Positions 41,696 to 63,629 of a stretch of DNA of 64,000 nucleotides are shown here, piece by piece; position 1 is the stretch's first letter; the number at the start of each line of letters is the position of its first letter. The notes under the pieces are model-generated. The model was not told where the DNA came from. It ran no database searches and saw only the letters and a program-made list of their open reading frames with translations. The translations under genes were made by a program, and so were the position numbers. The DNA comes from Amoebidium appalachense (Eukaryota > Protista > Ichthyosporea): positions 6,042,509 through 6,106,508 of the forward strand of contig CAVNZM010000003.1 in assembly GCA_963693365.1 (NCBI GenBank). Direction: 5' to 3'.

Positions 41696-42871
41696 CTCAC
41701 ACACTTAGCAATATTTGCATGGCCGGCCTCACACACTTAGCATTATTTGCATGGCCGGCCTCACACACTTAGCATTATTTGCATGCCCGGATGCATTTAT
41801 TTGGCCTGCCGAAGAGACACTTTTTGCATGCCCGGCCTCACACTTAGCAATATTTGCATGCCCGGCCTCACACACTTAGCATTATTTGCATGCCCCCCCC
41901 CCCCCCCCCCCCACACCCACCCCCCCCCCCCCCCCCACCCCACCCACCCCCCCCCCCCCCCCCGTGTGCCACCCGTGCCACGTGTGTCTCCCAGTCACGT
42001 GCACCACGCCCCCAGTGGTGGCAGTGAGTGTCTTAATAGTGCCATGCCAGCTGCGCCTTCCTCACCTGCCCCCTGCCCCAGCCGTCCAGCCAGCCTCCCG
42101 CCCTGCCGGAACCACGCCCCCAGTGGTGGCAGCGTGTGCTTTATCAGTCAAACAGTCTCACTGTGAGTGCCTCCTCTGCCCCCCCCGGCCCCCCCATCCC
42201 CCCCCGGCCCCCCATCCTCCCGGAACCAGGCCCCAGTGGAGTCTCTTAGTATACGTGACCATGGCCATATGCATACATAACATTTTTTCATGCTGTGAGG
42301 GGCATGCCAGTCTCCCCTGCCTCCCTGCCTCCCCCTGCACGTGTGCCCCCCTGCTGCCCGGAACCAGGCCCCCCAGTGGTGGCATCAGGCCCCCCCGTGC
42401 CGGCATGCCTCACCTGCCCCCGTGCCCCCCGCCCTCCCGGAACCAGGCCCCCCAGTGGTGGCAGTGTGTGTCTTACAAGCTAGTGATTTGCTATTATATG
42501 GCCACATGGCCACATGGCCAGATCATTTTGGCTCCCGTTTTATCCCGTTTTATCCACATTTTTGCACACACTGAATTTGATCTGGCCATCTGGCCATCTG
42601 GGTATAGACCGTTTTCTGTTCTAATATTGGAGAACTGTCTGATAGTGATAGAAAATGAAATGTGGAAGAATAATCGGGAAAGGTCGTCACGTGATAGATT
42701 TTCGGAAGTGATCTACTGGACAGAGCGAAGCAATAGTGATAGAAAATGAAATGTGGAAGAATAATCGGGAAAGGTCGTCACGTGATAGATTTTCGGAAGT
42801 GATCTACTGGACAGAGCGAAGCAAGCGGGCGCTGGGGGGGGGGGGGGGGGGGGGGGGGGAGGGGGGGTACG

Positions 42872-44886
42872 TACTTCTTGGTTGGTCTCGGTATCGTCGC
42901 TCTGTCGGGCCGACTTGCGCTTTGGGGACGGGGACTCCTCGCCGCGCTTGCCGGACAACTTGGTCTTCGACTTCTTGACTGTCAGCGCCGCCTCCTCTTC
43001 ATCACTGGTGGATGCCCGCCGCTTAAGTCTCGCCAGCTCCTGCTCCATCTCCGAAACTTGCCCTTTGAGGTGCTGCACTTCGTCCACAACTTGGGGGTGC
43101 TGAATAATGCCAACGGCGCCAGACTCAGCCCCGTATGCGGGCTTCCGATCAACCTGGGGAAAAAAGAGGGTAGAAATGTCAGCATTTACTGCTGACACTT
43201 TTATGTGAAAACGGCATTCGAACAACGAAAACAAGGAAGAGTTAACGTGAAACGAAAAAGAAACATGGATGGTGCAAAAGGGTACACAACAAGATATAAA
43301 GGGTATTACAAAAGGTAACAATGGATATCAACAAGGTGTAGATATGTTATCAGCATGTTATCCTATGGTGACATTCGTTTACCAATGTAAGCAACGTGAT
43401 ACACTTTGAATGACAAAAAAAAGAAAGTAATTTATTTCTCACCAGTACTGCGCAGGTCGGTGGCGAGACGGTAACGGTCAACGTCCAGAACAAACCAATC
43501 TTTGCACCCACACAAACGAAGCTTCGGGAAAAGAGAGAGAACGGCAGGAGAACCATAGTTGGAGGCAACAGCATAGTTTGGTTCCAAGTTAAACCCAAAA
43601 TGAAGTGTGTGTGGTGTCACAAACACCAGGTCTCCGGGTTTCTGCACAATGAACGTGTACTCTATCTTTAACTCGTCGAGCATGTCGAGTGAGAGAGGGA
43701 TTGTTTTTGTGCAGGAGAACACTTGTGCAGTGTGTGTACTTTGTGAGTTTATGCATCTGCCTAGTGATCTTTAAAAACGCATCCTTTTCACAAATAACCC
43801 AAAACTTTGGTCCCCCAGACAAGAGCAAGTTATGTGCACCCAAGCCACTGTCTTCTATATGCATGCAAAAAAAGGTTGCAAGCAACTTCCCAGCCTGACC
43901 CCGAAACAAAGCATGCATGTACGCCCAAGGGCTGTTAACACCAGGAATCTCCTCCCCGTAGAACTGAACACCCAGAGGAGAAATATCACACACTTGATTG
44001 AATGAAGGGGGACAAGAGGCCTTAGAAACAGAAACGTCTGCAAGATACGCACCACCAGAGTTTTCTACAGCATACTTGTACAAAGCCTTAAAAGCATCCC
44101 TACTCATATCTATTGGGAAGTCGTACTTGGAGGTGTATGCTTTCGTTTGGCAAAAGTCTACGTGTTTGTTTTTCCTTACGACCTCACCCCAACCGTTGGA
44201 GGACACGACTGAGTGAACCTTCCCATTTGCAAAAAGAGATGCAGGTATGCATGCAAGTGCATCTCCCATGGAAATGGGTTCACAAAACCCACGAATAACA
44301 CCACCCAACTTCCCATCATTCTCAATTCCATAAAAAAATGAAAGTGCAGCAGCTGGTGTGAGCATTGTGCCTTGTGAACAGGAAAGTGTGAGGGTAAACT
44401 GGGAAGGGGAAAGGGAAAGAAAAGCAAAAACAAAAAACAAACAAATAAAAAATAAAAAAATGATACTCGAGAATACAAGCTCGAGGGAAAGTGACAACAA
44501 CGAACCGTGGAACGTCGGCTTATGCGGTGGAACTAACTATGTGGGAGGGCACAGCACACGGACCAAAAAAAGGGAAAAGAAAACATACCTTGGGGTCTGG
44601 CATTGAACGTTCTGGCGACGTAGGCGCCGAGCAGGCCCTTGCCCCTTTGGCCGTCACCGTGTCGCTGGCTGAACTCCTTCTGCGCCTCTAGCGCAGCCTT
44701 CCTCGAGGGCGGAAGGGCATCGTCCACGCTCTCGCTCGACGACGACTCGGAGTTAGAGCCGAAGGAGGGTTCTCTCTCTTTCCTTTTTTTATCTTTCCCA
44801 TTCACGAACTTTTGTTTCTTTCTCCCTTGCTTTGCAGCTTCCTCTGCAGCCGCTGCGGCCTTTGCCTGCTTTTCCTTTTTCCCCAT
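42872..44886 (-). CDS. second KDM4-like JmjC gene (one frameshift in an A run; 3' exons uncertain)
   Basis: Exons 44886-44589, 44532-44506, 44370-43443, probably 43152-42872. IPGVNSPWAY, FCMHIEDSGLGAHN..GPKFW, QKPGDLVFVTPHTLHFGFN, CGC. Extra base at 43704-43708. Confidence 0.82.
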
Positions 44887-45605
44887 GCTTGCTGTCACGC
44901 GGCGATCGGCCACACAGTCGTAACAAAGCCAACAAAATGATACGTTTTGGTAACATAGTGTGTCCCAAAAACCGACAAGGAATGTGGTCGCGTGTCCTAG
45001 CATTTGTTTGATTGGCTTACGTTTACGGCCACATTCTAGAGGGAGGCAAACAAAGTGTGTTCTCGTTTGGGTTTAAGAAAAAACAAACAAAACCGTGGTA
45101 TATCAATCGTTTAGATTACATCACCAGCCATATATGTAAAATATTCGTATTGAGCTAATGCAATACTGTATTTTTCTAACACATTATAAAAAAAACCAAA
45201 CCATGAGTAAGCCAAATGACGAGCTGCCCAATGATGGTTTTTACTTGCTCAACCAATCAGTATCGTCGCATGGGCACAAAACAAACTTGCTCTCCAACGG
45301 GCGGCACGGGCCGCTCGGGCCATTAGCTGGAAGAGAAAGAAGGAAGAAACCGCTATTAATTACATACCTATTCTCAAAATATAATGCCAAAAATATTAAA
45401 GTAATAGTCTCTTCAACCATAATGAAGGCTAATTAAGAACATATGATTGTTTAACTTCGTCTATTTATGCTGATGGCGGCCGCCGCGATTAATAGCTCAT
45501 CCAATCAGTATCGCGGCATTGGCAAAAAAAAATTACCAGTGCACGTGATATTTAAAGAAAAAACCTGATCTATATGAAACATACTTTAATTCTTCATAAC
45601 TTAAG

Positions 45606-45644
<39 letters not shown>

Positions 45645-45774
45645 CATTTAATAACTTGCAACTTGGTGAATTCAAATATGACAACTTTAAAGCAATCGCA
45701 AAAGCGAACCTATCACATGGCCCACATGGCAGCACAGTATGATCACGCGGGGGGGGGGGGGGGGGGGGGGGGAC

Positions 45775-45858
<84 letters not shown>

Positions 45859-45893
45859 CTACAGTATATCAGCTGCAGGGTGGCCGCCCATAA

Positions 45894-45939
<46 letters not shown>

Positions 45940-46201
45940 ATCAGTGTATACATAAGTGGTAACCGATTAAATACCTCATGTATCGCCACGTATAAACGTC
46001 CTGGTAACATCGTACAAATTTTTTATTTGTGTGTATTCCGTTGTGGTACCCCGGGATGCCATAACTTTTGGATTTTGTCCTGGTGCAGAGACTAGCGATC
46101 TTGCTAGCCTTGAGATCACAACCTAACCACTGCCGATGGTTGTGATGACGCCAGTAAAGGCGTGCTGGCTTTACCCCAGCGAGAAGAGGATGAGAAAAAG
46201 A

Positions 46202-46274
46202 TGATCCCGACGGGATTTGAACCCGCGACCCCTCTATCTCCGGTCGAGTGCTCTACCAACTGAGCTACGAGATC
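46202..46274 (-). tRNA. tRNA-like gene, GGA at the anticodon position, short variable loop (tRNA-Phe-like body)
   Basis: Acceptor GATCTCG/CGGGATC; D arm GCTC-AGTTGGTA-GAGC; T arm GCGGG-TTCAAAT-CCCGT; TTTTT terminator just downstream. Confidence 0.75.
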
Positions 46275-46554
46275 GGTTAGATCTCGAGGCCACCAGCCGA
46301 CATGATCTGATTCATGCGATCGGACTGGATAACGATACCATCTTCCAACATCCCCACTCAGGACGAATCGCAGAATCAGGTTAGGGTGGACTGCCCCCTC
46401 AGTCCCCTCTGAACCTCTGTTCATGCACCATTTGATTTGTCCTGTGCAGAGAAGCGATCTCTAGCCTGAGATCACAACCTAACCACTGCCGAGGTTGTAT
46501 GACGCCAGTAAAGGCGTGCTGGCTTACCCCAGCGAGAAGAGGATGAGAAAAAGA

Positions 46555-46626
46555 TGATCCCGACGGGATTTGAACCCGCGACCCCTCTATCTCCGGTCGA
46601 GTGCTCTACCAACTGAGCACGAGATC
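46555..46626 (-). tRNA. second copy of the tRNA-like cassette (1-nt deletion)
   Basis: Same sequence in the 5' LTR. Confidence 0.65.
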
Positions 46627-47037
46627 GGTTAAGATCTCGCAGGCCACCAGCCGACCATGATCTGATTCATGCGATCGGACTGGATAACGATACCATCTTC
46701 CAACAATAACCCCGGGCATGTAGATCGATACTCAAATTTCGTGCTTCCACCCTACCCTCCCCCCCCCCCCCCCCCCCCCCCCCCATTGGGGTATATCATT
46801 CCAGACCCAATATACCACACTTTCCCCTCTCCCCCTTGCCTAAAACATGCCTCCCATCCACACACCACCCAGTAGCCCCCCAACACAACATGCTTATTGG
46901 GCGCTTACCTCGCGCATATCACCCCCCCCCCTACGTGGGTAAATTTGGATATATCTCCTGAACCAAAACCGGCAACCCGTTCCGGACGGTTCTGTTGCAT
47001 CCCCCAGGCGGGCACACGGCTTTGTGTATGCCCACAG

Positions 47038-47072
<35 letters not shown>

Positions 47073-47571
47073 CCCTTCCCCAACACATGCCTCCCATCCA
47101 CACACCACCCAGACCCCCCCCCTACACAACGTGTTTATTGGACGCACACACCGCATTTCCGCGTAAAGAAACTCATCTAAATACATATCAAAGTGAGTAC
47201 ACATCACGATAAAAACGAATACCAAACATATCAAATGTGTCCAATCATAACACGTATATTAATAGACAGGAATGCATATCACGATCTATACTGATGTACT
47301 CACCGCGTCTATTGGTGAGTCATCCTACTTTGAACCAAAAACAATAATAAAAACAAAGACATTGAATATAGTTAGCCAATCACACTACTCTCAGAAAAAA
47401 AGAAGAGAGCAAACTCAGATAAAATGCAATAAGTCCTATCAGGCAAGGGAGCCAGGTGTGCACAGATCTTCAAATATCCGTGCACACAGCTGAAACAAGG
47501 ATCCCGGGATCAGGCAAGGGAGTCAGGTGTGCACAGATCTACAGATATCCGTGCACACAGACACAAGGATC

Positions 47572-47621
<50 letters not shown>

Positions 47622-47763
47622 AGAGCAGAAGGGAGAGAAGAGGGAGAGCACAAAGAAGAAGAGCAGACACGAATACAAAAAGGCTAAGACACACACACAT
47701 ACTTCAAGACTCTTGCTGTACTACGTAGTAACGTATTCCAACAGTGTGTGTGTGTGTGTGTTT

Positions 47764-47794
<31 letters not shown>

Positions 47795-48139
47795 GGGCTG
47801 AGGGGGCCCTGGCGGGGTGGGGGGGGGGTGTGGGGGTGAAGGTAGCTGTACGCCACAGTATGGGGTAAAAAGTATGATATGACGTCATGTCTGTCAGCGT
47901 GTATGGTAGTGTACGGTATGGGTGTGTGTGTGTGCGTGTGCGTGGGTGTGTGTATGTGTATCAGTGTCACCGTGAGAGTTCAGGTTCAAGGTACATGATA
48001 CACAGGTTGTCACACAACTTCGTTTGTCCACGCGTACACACTACTTCTCGCATAGACTACTAGTAGTATGCAGCATTATTTTAGTTACTCAAGTATGTGT
48101 ATTAAAGCTTAGCTTAGTAGTATTGCAGGGCAAACAAAG

Positions 48140-56957
<8,818 letters not shown>

Positions 56958-57424
56958 GTTTTGTACACACCACGCCAGATGCGTGGCGCAATCAACTTCA
57001 CGTGTACTTTTTGTTATTAGCTTGGTTCGAATGGTGTAACCTTATTGTAACATAGATAACATGCTGGTGTATGAATGTTATGCATGTACATACATTATGA
57101 CGTGCGTCTGATAGCACAGATAACATTACGTGTATCATACTGTTAACCCTGTAAACAACAGTGTGTGTACCATAATTATACGTTTGATATCCGAATGATA
57201 TAAATGGTACCTGTGGTATCCCGAATAAACTGTGCGAAGGCCCATCATCCGGGTATCCTTGCAGCATCAGCCATTAAAAATAGCCAATCAAAGGCCAGAG
57301 GGCAATTGGAATAATGCTGAGAATCCCACAATCGCGCCACCAATGCACTTTGCCGCCATAAAATTGCCCAGGGATCTGCCACTCTCCCGAGGGACTCTGC
57401 CGATGCGCGGGTTCTTGTACCTGA

Positions 57425-58599
57425 TATAGCTAACAATTTACACACATTTACATTATCATCTAAACCTGTACCTATAGTTCCAGAATACAAATATCTTGGT
57501 GTTCCGGTTGATTCTGTTGGTGTTATGTTTCCCCATATGGTCGAAAAGAGGGTAGAGTTGGCTCGTAAGCGGTTAGCTTTCTTCTCGGCTAATATTTTTA
57601 AAGACACACCCCTCCATCCTTCTATTAGACTTACATTTATTCGCACTTTTGTCTTCCCGGCATGTGAATATGGTTTACCCCTTCTCGCCGCTTGGATCAA
57701 GAAAGAGAGAACTAGAGCGCTTAAACCCCTGGCAAATTTCCTTGAAGCAGAAGTTGCCTCCTTTCTATCTAACAACTGTTGTAAACCTGGGCCTGTAACG
57801 CTCTCGATATATGGTCTGGTCCCAATAGCTGCTAGAGTATCCTATCTCGCGCTGAAATTCAATAAGCACATAAGCCGCTTAAAGAAGTATTTGCCCTCCC
57901 ACCCTCTCTTCTCTATCCGACCTGTCCCCTCCTCACCTCTCCCCTCTTTCCTCCCCCTCTCTCTCCCCCTCTCCCCTGGGCACAAATACAAATAAACCCC
58001 GCAATAGTGTGTGTGTGACTTTGGACTGCCACTTACTTGTTAAACATGTACACAATCACAAGATAATCACGCAATATAACAAATGGAAAAAGATACCACA
58101 CGACACTAGACCCGATGAAAGCATACACCTTGAAAAACTAAGCCTTATGTCTCGTTTTATATATACTGACCGCCTCAACCATATTGCCAAATATGGCACT
58201 CGCAAGTGTATAACACCTAAATACATATTACCTTCCTGTAGAACTGGTCTTTCTCTAGCTGATGGTATTATTGATCAATTACCACGCTTTTACTGTACAC
58301 GTGCTATACAGTGGAGATCTAATAAGTATAAGGTGGCATCATTTGCATGCCCAAACAACACACACACACACCAGTTTAACCGGTCATGTATCGCCAAATG
58401 TAGTTTGATAGACCACATAATACCGCAACACACACACGTCACATTCACAACAGACACCCAGAAAGATAGCCTACCTGTAAATTACAACATCCTTGATTTT
58501 ATACTAAACACGCGTAACTACGACCTGTTTATTAGATGTATTGATTGGCTTGAGAAACACATCACTACAAAATTATAGCGCACGCGCACACACACACAC

Positions 58600-58656
<57 letters not shown>

Positions 58657-58718
58657 CCAGCTGATACCGAGTGTCCCGAGGGGAGCCCCTTTAAAAAAAA
58701 AAAAAAAAAAAAAAAAAA
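57425..58718 (+). mobile_element. 5'-truncated non-LTR retrotransposon (RT thumb and C-terminal domain) with (CA)n and poly-A tail
   Basis: PEYKYLGV, RTFVFPACEYGL, C-terminal Cys/His cluster, NILDFILN; stop at 58578; ORF broken near 57920-58010. Confidence 0.75.
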
Positions 58719-59572
58719 CGGGGAACCCCAACTAATTGATTTCTCCTTGTAGTCTTTATGGTGTCTCGTAGAGAAAGTAAACCCTGATATATAGTCACCA
58801 CCCGACATCTATGTACGTGATCATGATATACCGCTGAGGGGATATTCCGAGCAAAACCCCCCCCCATACCTGAGACTGGTTCTCTTTGCCTCGAGTAAAC
58901 AGCGTAAACCCCCGTATCCTCTCTCTATATTTAGTGCTAAATTCCGCATCGGCAGGTCCCTTTTTACAGCCTGTCTATTTGTCCTTTCTTGATTCTTTCT
59001 GTTTTCTATCACTAATCATGATGGCTAAGCTAATACTGTACACGTGTTTCGGGCCGCCTCACCTTTTGGCCCTAAACTGTGAAGCAATAAGGGCTACGTA
59101 ACATTATGATACGCCAATCTACCCATACGAATACCACTGGTAAAAAAGATATCTAAATGATACAAAGGTGGTTGTCCAAAATGGCGACATATGTATCCAA
59201 ATACCTATGTGATTTGCGACCAATGGGATCATGTCTTTACTATGGATTTTGCGCAAAAACTGTACTGCACGGCCGCGCCACGGAGCGTACTACTACTGTA
59301 CCATACGTACAACACTGTAGTGGTATACTACTAGTACTACTGGTTGTATAGCAGAGCATAGCAGAGAACAGGAGGAATACTAACACGTACTGACGTGTTG
59401 CCGCACGTGCGACGTCATACATCTACTTGTGGCGGCTTTGCGGCTTTGCAAAAAAAAAAAAAAAAAAAAAAAAGGAATGGAAAAAGGAGACACCGCCTCA
59501 GTAGGTGGTAGGGAGGAATAGTAGTGGCTAGTATTCTCTTCCTACTTCCACCTATTCACTGGTGTACGTACA

Positions 59573-59803
59573 ATGACGCGCACGAAACAGACACCGCTTT
59601 GCGGGGATAAACTGCACATACAGAACCCTAACACCCATCTTGTAGGCAGGACACTTATCCCAACACCAGTGTTTGTCATCAGCGATGAAGAAGAAACGGC
59701 GGCCCCTATCAGGGGCACTACGTTCGATGCCAACAAGAGTGTTTTGAGGGAAATGATGAAGCAAGCAGTTGCAAGCTTAATGAGTAGCAGTGATTCAGAA
59801 TAG
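59573..59803 (+). CDS. small ORF or first exon starting MTRTKQT (histone H3 tail-like)
   Basis: The N-terminus matches H3 ARTKQT at 5 of 6 residues; VFVISDEEE is SIM-like. Confidence 0.35.
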   Translation: MTRTKQTPLCGDKLHIQNPNTHLVGRTLIPTPVFVISDEEETAAPIRGTTFDANKSVLREMMKQAVASLMSSSDSE

Positions 59804-60362
59804 CATGGCTAACAGGTTGTTCAGCATGCATCCTTTTTTTATTTATTTCATTTTTGTACCTGGCACCTAAACACTTAGGAGATGCATGTAACGTATCCAA
59901 CGTCATAGTTCAGATTCCATACTTGCTAAAGAAATGGTGATGCCAAAGTAGATGCATGTAAATGATGTTGTGTGAACAGTTCAAAAAACTTATGTGCATC
60001 TGCGTGTTCAACGCGAGTGTAATAAAAGCGCATCGGGAAACCCAGTGCAGGTAGTCACTTCTTGTGTCAGCCCTCTGCAAGGCCATCTCCAGGCAGGCAA
60101 ACACCTCGATAATCCTCCCCATCATCATGGCCTTCTTTCCGTGCATACCCACCTAGCCCTCCGCACCCCCTCCCCCCTTCCCCCCCACCCCTAACACCCC
60201 CCCGCACAGATACACACACGCGCGCTCACCCGAACACACACACACACGCGCGCGCACGCGCACACACACACGCACACGCGCGCACCCACACACAAACACA
60301 CACACGCACACGCACACGCACTTGCAGCGTGACACACGCACACTCGCACCCCCCCCCCCCCT

Positions 60363-60393
<31 letters not shown>

Positions 60394-62340
60394 AAAACAC
60401 ACACCGTGACACACACACTCACCAAAGGCGGAAAAAAGGGGTCACCCGAGGACTGTCACAGTGCGTGACAGTTGATGTATCATTGTTGTCTTAATATATA
60501 TCAGGGTTATCGTTATTGTAAAACCATGGCGAGTATACCACAGTGGACAGCATTTTGGTATATATGTGACACAAATGGGGTACCTTGTTGTTACCCTTGT
60601 TGCTACCCTCGCCACTGAGTGGTACCACCATGGCAGGGTGGTGAGTATACCACAGTGGACAGCATTTTGGTATGTATGTGACGCAAATGGGGTACCTTAT
60701 TGTTACCCTTGTTGTTACCCTCGCCACTGAGTGGTACCACCATGGCAGGGATAACACAAAGGACAATAGATTGGTAGCAGAGTGGTATACATGTAAATAT
60801 CCGTGAGAATACATGTAGGGTACCAGGTTGTTACCCTCGCCGTAGAGTGGTACCACACGGGCATTGATAACAAAAAGGATAATAAAGTGGTATACAGTAA
60901 AGAGCCCCAAATGGTACCTCTATTGTTATCACTGCCACTACGGTATCAGCATGTACACAAGAGCGTACGCCAAATATTTAGCCTTTGACATACACCATGT
61001 TACCCAAATGTTATCTAAGGTTACCACAGCTATCCCTGTGTAGCATACTGTGTAACATTTGTATTATCCTGGCGCCTCACCCTAGACCTAACCCTCTGAC
61101 ATATAGTAATCTCGGTATGTCCTGATTGGCATAAAATTGGTGTAAAAGTTCAACTTTTTCACACAAACTGCTGTCCCCCGTTTTTACCCCCCTGACTCAA
61201 TCCGGGGGATACCACAAGGGTTACAAACAGATGCCCAAAAATACGCAGAATATTGCAATTGCTATCTTATAAGATACAAGTATGCTATAGGGTTGGTATA
61301 TCGGGATTGGTACCCCCGTATGCCTTAATGGCACCATATTGTTACCCTCGCCAATATCTTACAATTGGTACAGATAGAGTATACAAATAATTATACAGTA
61401 TGGTGTACACTATGGTAGACACAATGGTAACATCGCCACTGTGTCACCTTTGGTAACATCTGGGTAACACAATGTATAACCTAAGCAGTTATACAGAAAT
61501 GTACCACTGCCATGATGTTACCAACACGCTATCACGACGTTATCATATTGTACAGGGATAGCATTGAGGTGACTTATTGTGTATAATATCGTGTATACAA
61601 GGTTACCAGCGTGTATACCATTGTGTCATGGATAACCGTTTGTATACCAATGTCACCCAAAGTATCGGGGGTAGGTTTGCTGATGCCTTAGCCCGCGTAT
61701 ATACGACGCTCCAACTCAGACAGCAGCATCAACTGAACTTGGGGGGTCAACCCGTCTTGATCGATATCAAAGACGAGCAGGGTTGCTTATGCAAGCAAGG
61801 TGAGCAAAACGGTGAAGATGTGTGCGCAAACTAATGCAGTGCAGCGAAAAATGCGTATGTGCTTACAGATGCACGACACAGAGCAACCATGCCCGGTTGC
61901 ATGGGGGGGGGGGTCTAACCGAAGAACCCGGAAAAAGGACCTGGATAGATCCGTGGTCAAGATTTATTGACACGGATAGACAGGCCGTAACATCACTACG
62001 ATAACTCCACATAGAAACATACACATTCGTTCAATAACTCCAAAGCAGTATATTATTGATTACTTAACATGAGATTCGTTACCAACTGAATAAAAACTTA
62101 TGAATGATCAATGCGTTAAGTACGTGCTATGTCAATTGTGTGAACATACCCGATTAAAGAAACATCTGCTAGCTTCATGTCACCAAACTACATTTCAACA
62201 CTGTTCGTGGTAATACGAGGCGAACTGTTCAAATTCGATAACTGTATCACTCATTACTGCAAGACCTTGCATGCAATATAGACTGAACGAATCACATTAC
62301 GACTCCCTTAACAACACGTGTAAGTCCCATACAGGGACCA

Positions 62341-62379
<39 letters not shown>

Positions 62380-62403
62380 GTGTGCGTGTGCGTGTGTGTG
62401 TGT

Positions 62404-62435
<32 letters not shown>

Positions 62436-63597
62436 CTTCGTGTGTGTGTGTGTTCGTGTGTGCATGTTCGCACACGTGTGTGTGTGTGCGTGTGTGCGTG
62501 CGTGTGCGAGTACACGTGCATGGGTATTTGTGTTAACATATGGGCGCATTGAGTTGATGTTGCGGTGTTTTTACCATTAACCTGCATGGATGCACGTGTA
62601 TGTGTGTATGTCGATCTGTTGTCTGTGTAGGCATGTCTATGCGCGTGGATATCATGTTGCAAAAGCCCTTCGATTCAGCACAATACCATACAAGGAGCAA
62701 ACAAAAAATGTGAGAGTAGGTTTAACGGTATCAAATCATGTGTAGACATTCACTCTTAACCCAACACAATCAACACCATAGTTGATGGTTGTGTGATACA
62801 CGACTCGTGTGTTGATATGATGTGTGTGGTGAGAGAACACTCGGGTGGGGCAGGGTGTGAATGTCAAGCGTTGCGAGTTCACTCTGGGTTATGAGTGTCT
62901 GTGCGTGCATGCATGTACTTGCGTGTTTTTAGGTATGTGTGTATGTGTGCATTGTGCGTGCGTGCCTGGGTGAGTGTGTGCTTGCATGTGTGTGTGCCCG
63001 TGCGTGCATTCCTGCCTGTTGTGTGGGTGTGTTGTGCGCGCATGTGTGTTGGTGGTGGTCACGGGGAATGGGATTCCAGGTGGTCACTACTGATACACCA
63101 ATTGAGATGGATGGATGCCACAACGCCTCAACACAAGAAGTGTGAAGGGCAAAAATGAGGTGACATCACACGGCTGTTGTCCCCTTTTCCTTAGCCACTG
63201 AGCCTGGGCTAGCAGGCAGCTTGTCCTTGCCACTCCTGCACCACAGACCACACCGTCAGTGCTACGTCCACAGCAGGATGCCTTGCCACCCACAAACACT
63301 AGCAGCCCCCCCCCCCCCCCCCCCCCCCCCTCCCCACCCCTTCCTCGAGGTAGAGGGGAAAAAACAAACAAAACAACCCACAAACACAAGCATTGCCTTT
63401 ACTCAACTACAACCCGGCACACATACAACAATCTTTGCACAGACACAACCAAGTCGGGGTGCACATAGCCCCCCTCCCCCCTCCCCCCTCCCCCCCCTCT
63501 CTCCCCTTTCCCCCCTCCCCCTCTTCGACCTTTCCACTCCCAGCCTGCCCTTCCCCATCCACCTATCCCCCTCCCCCCCCCCCCCCCTTCCCCTTCC

Positions 63598-63629
<32 letters not shown>

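Larger units (their letters stand above)
40792..41892. repeat. satellite A, inverted relative to 22392-23305 and interrupted at 41246-41695
   Basis: CCGGCCTCACACACTTAGCATTATTTGCATG modules. Confidence 0.95.
46066..46705 (-). mobile_element. TRIM (miniature LTR retroelement) with a tRNA-like cassette in each LTR
   Basis: LTRs 46431-46705 and 46066-46350 start TGTTGGA. The 80-bp core has PBS TGGTGCATGAAC and PPT GAGTGGGGA. 5-bp TSD ATAAC at 46061-46065 and 46706-46710. Confidence 0.9.

Noticed and set aside
46135-46195. Hammerhead ribozyme in the TRIM LTR (TGATGA plus hairpin)
   Set aside because: No CTGATGA core and no correctly placed GAAA.
46202-46274. Functional tRNA-Ser(GGA) gene
   Set aside because: No long variable arm, C at position 33, an anticodon-stem mismatch, and location inside an LTR.
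46334-46340. TGGTATC (minus strand) as a tRNA-iMet PBS
   Set aside because: It lies 10 nt inside both LTRs. The PBS position next to the 5' LTR is occupied by TGGTGCATG.
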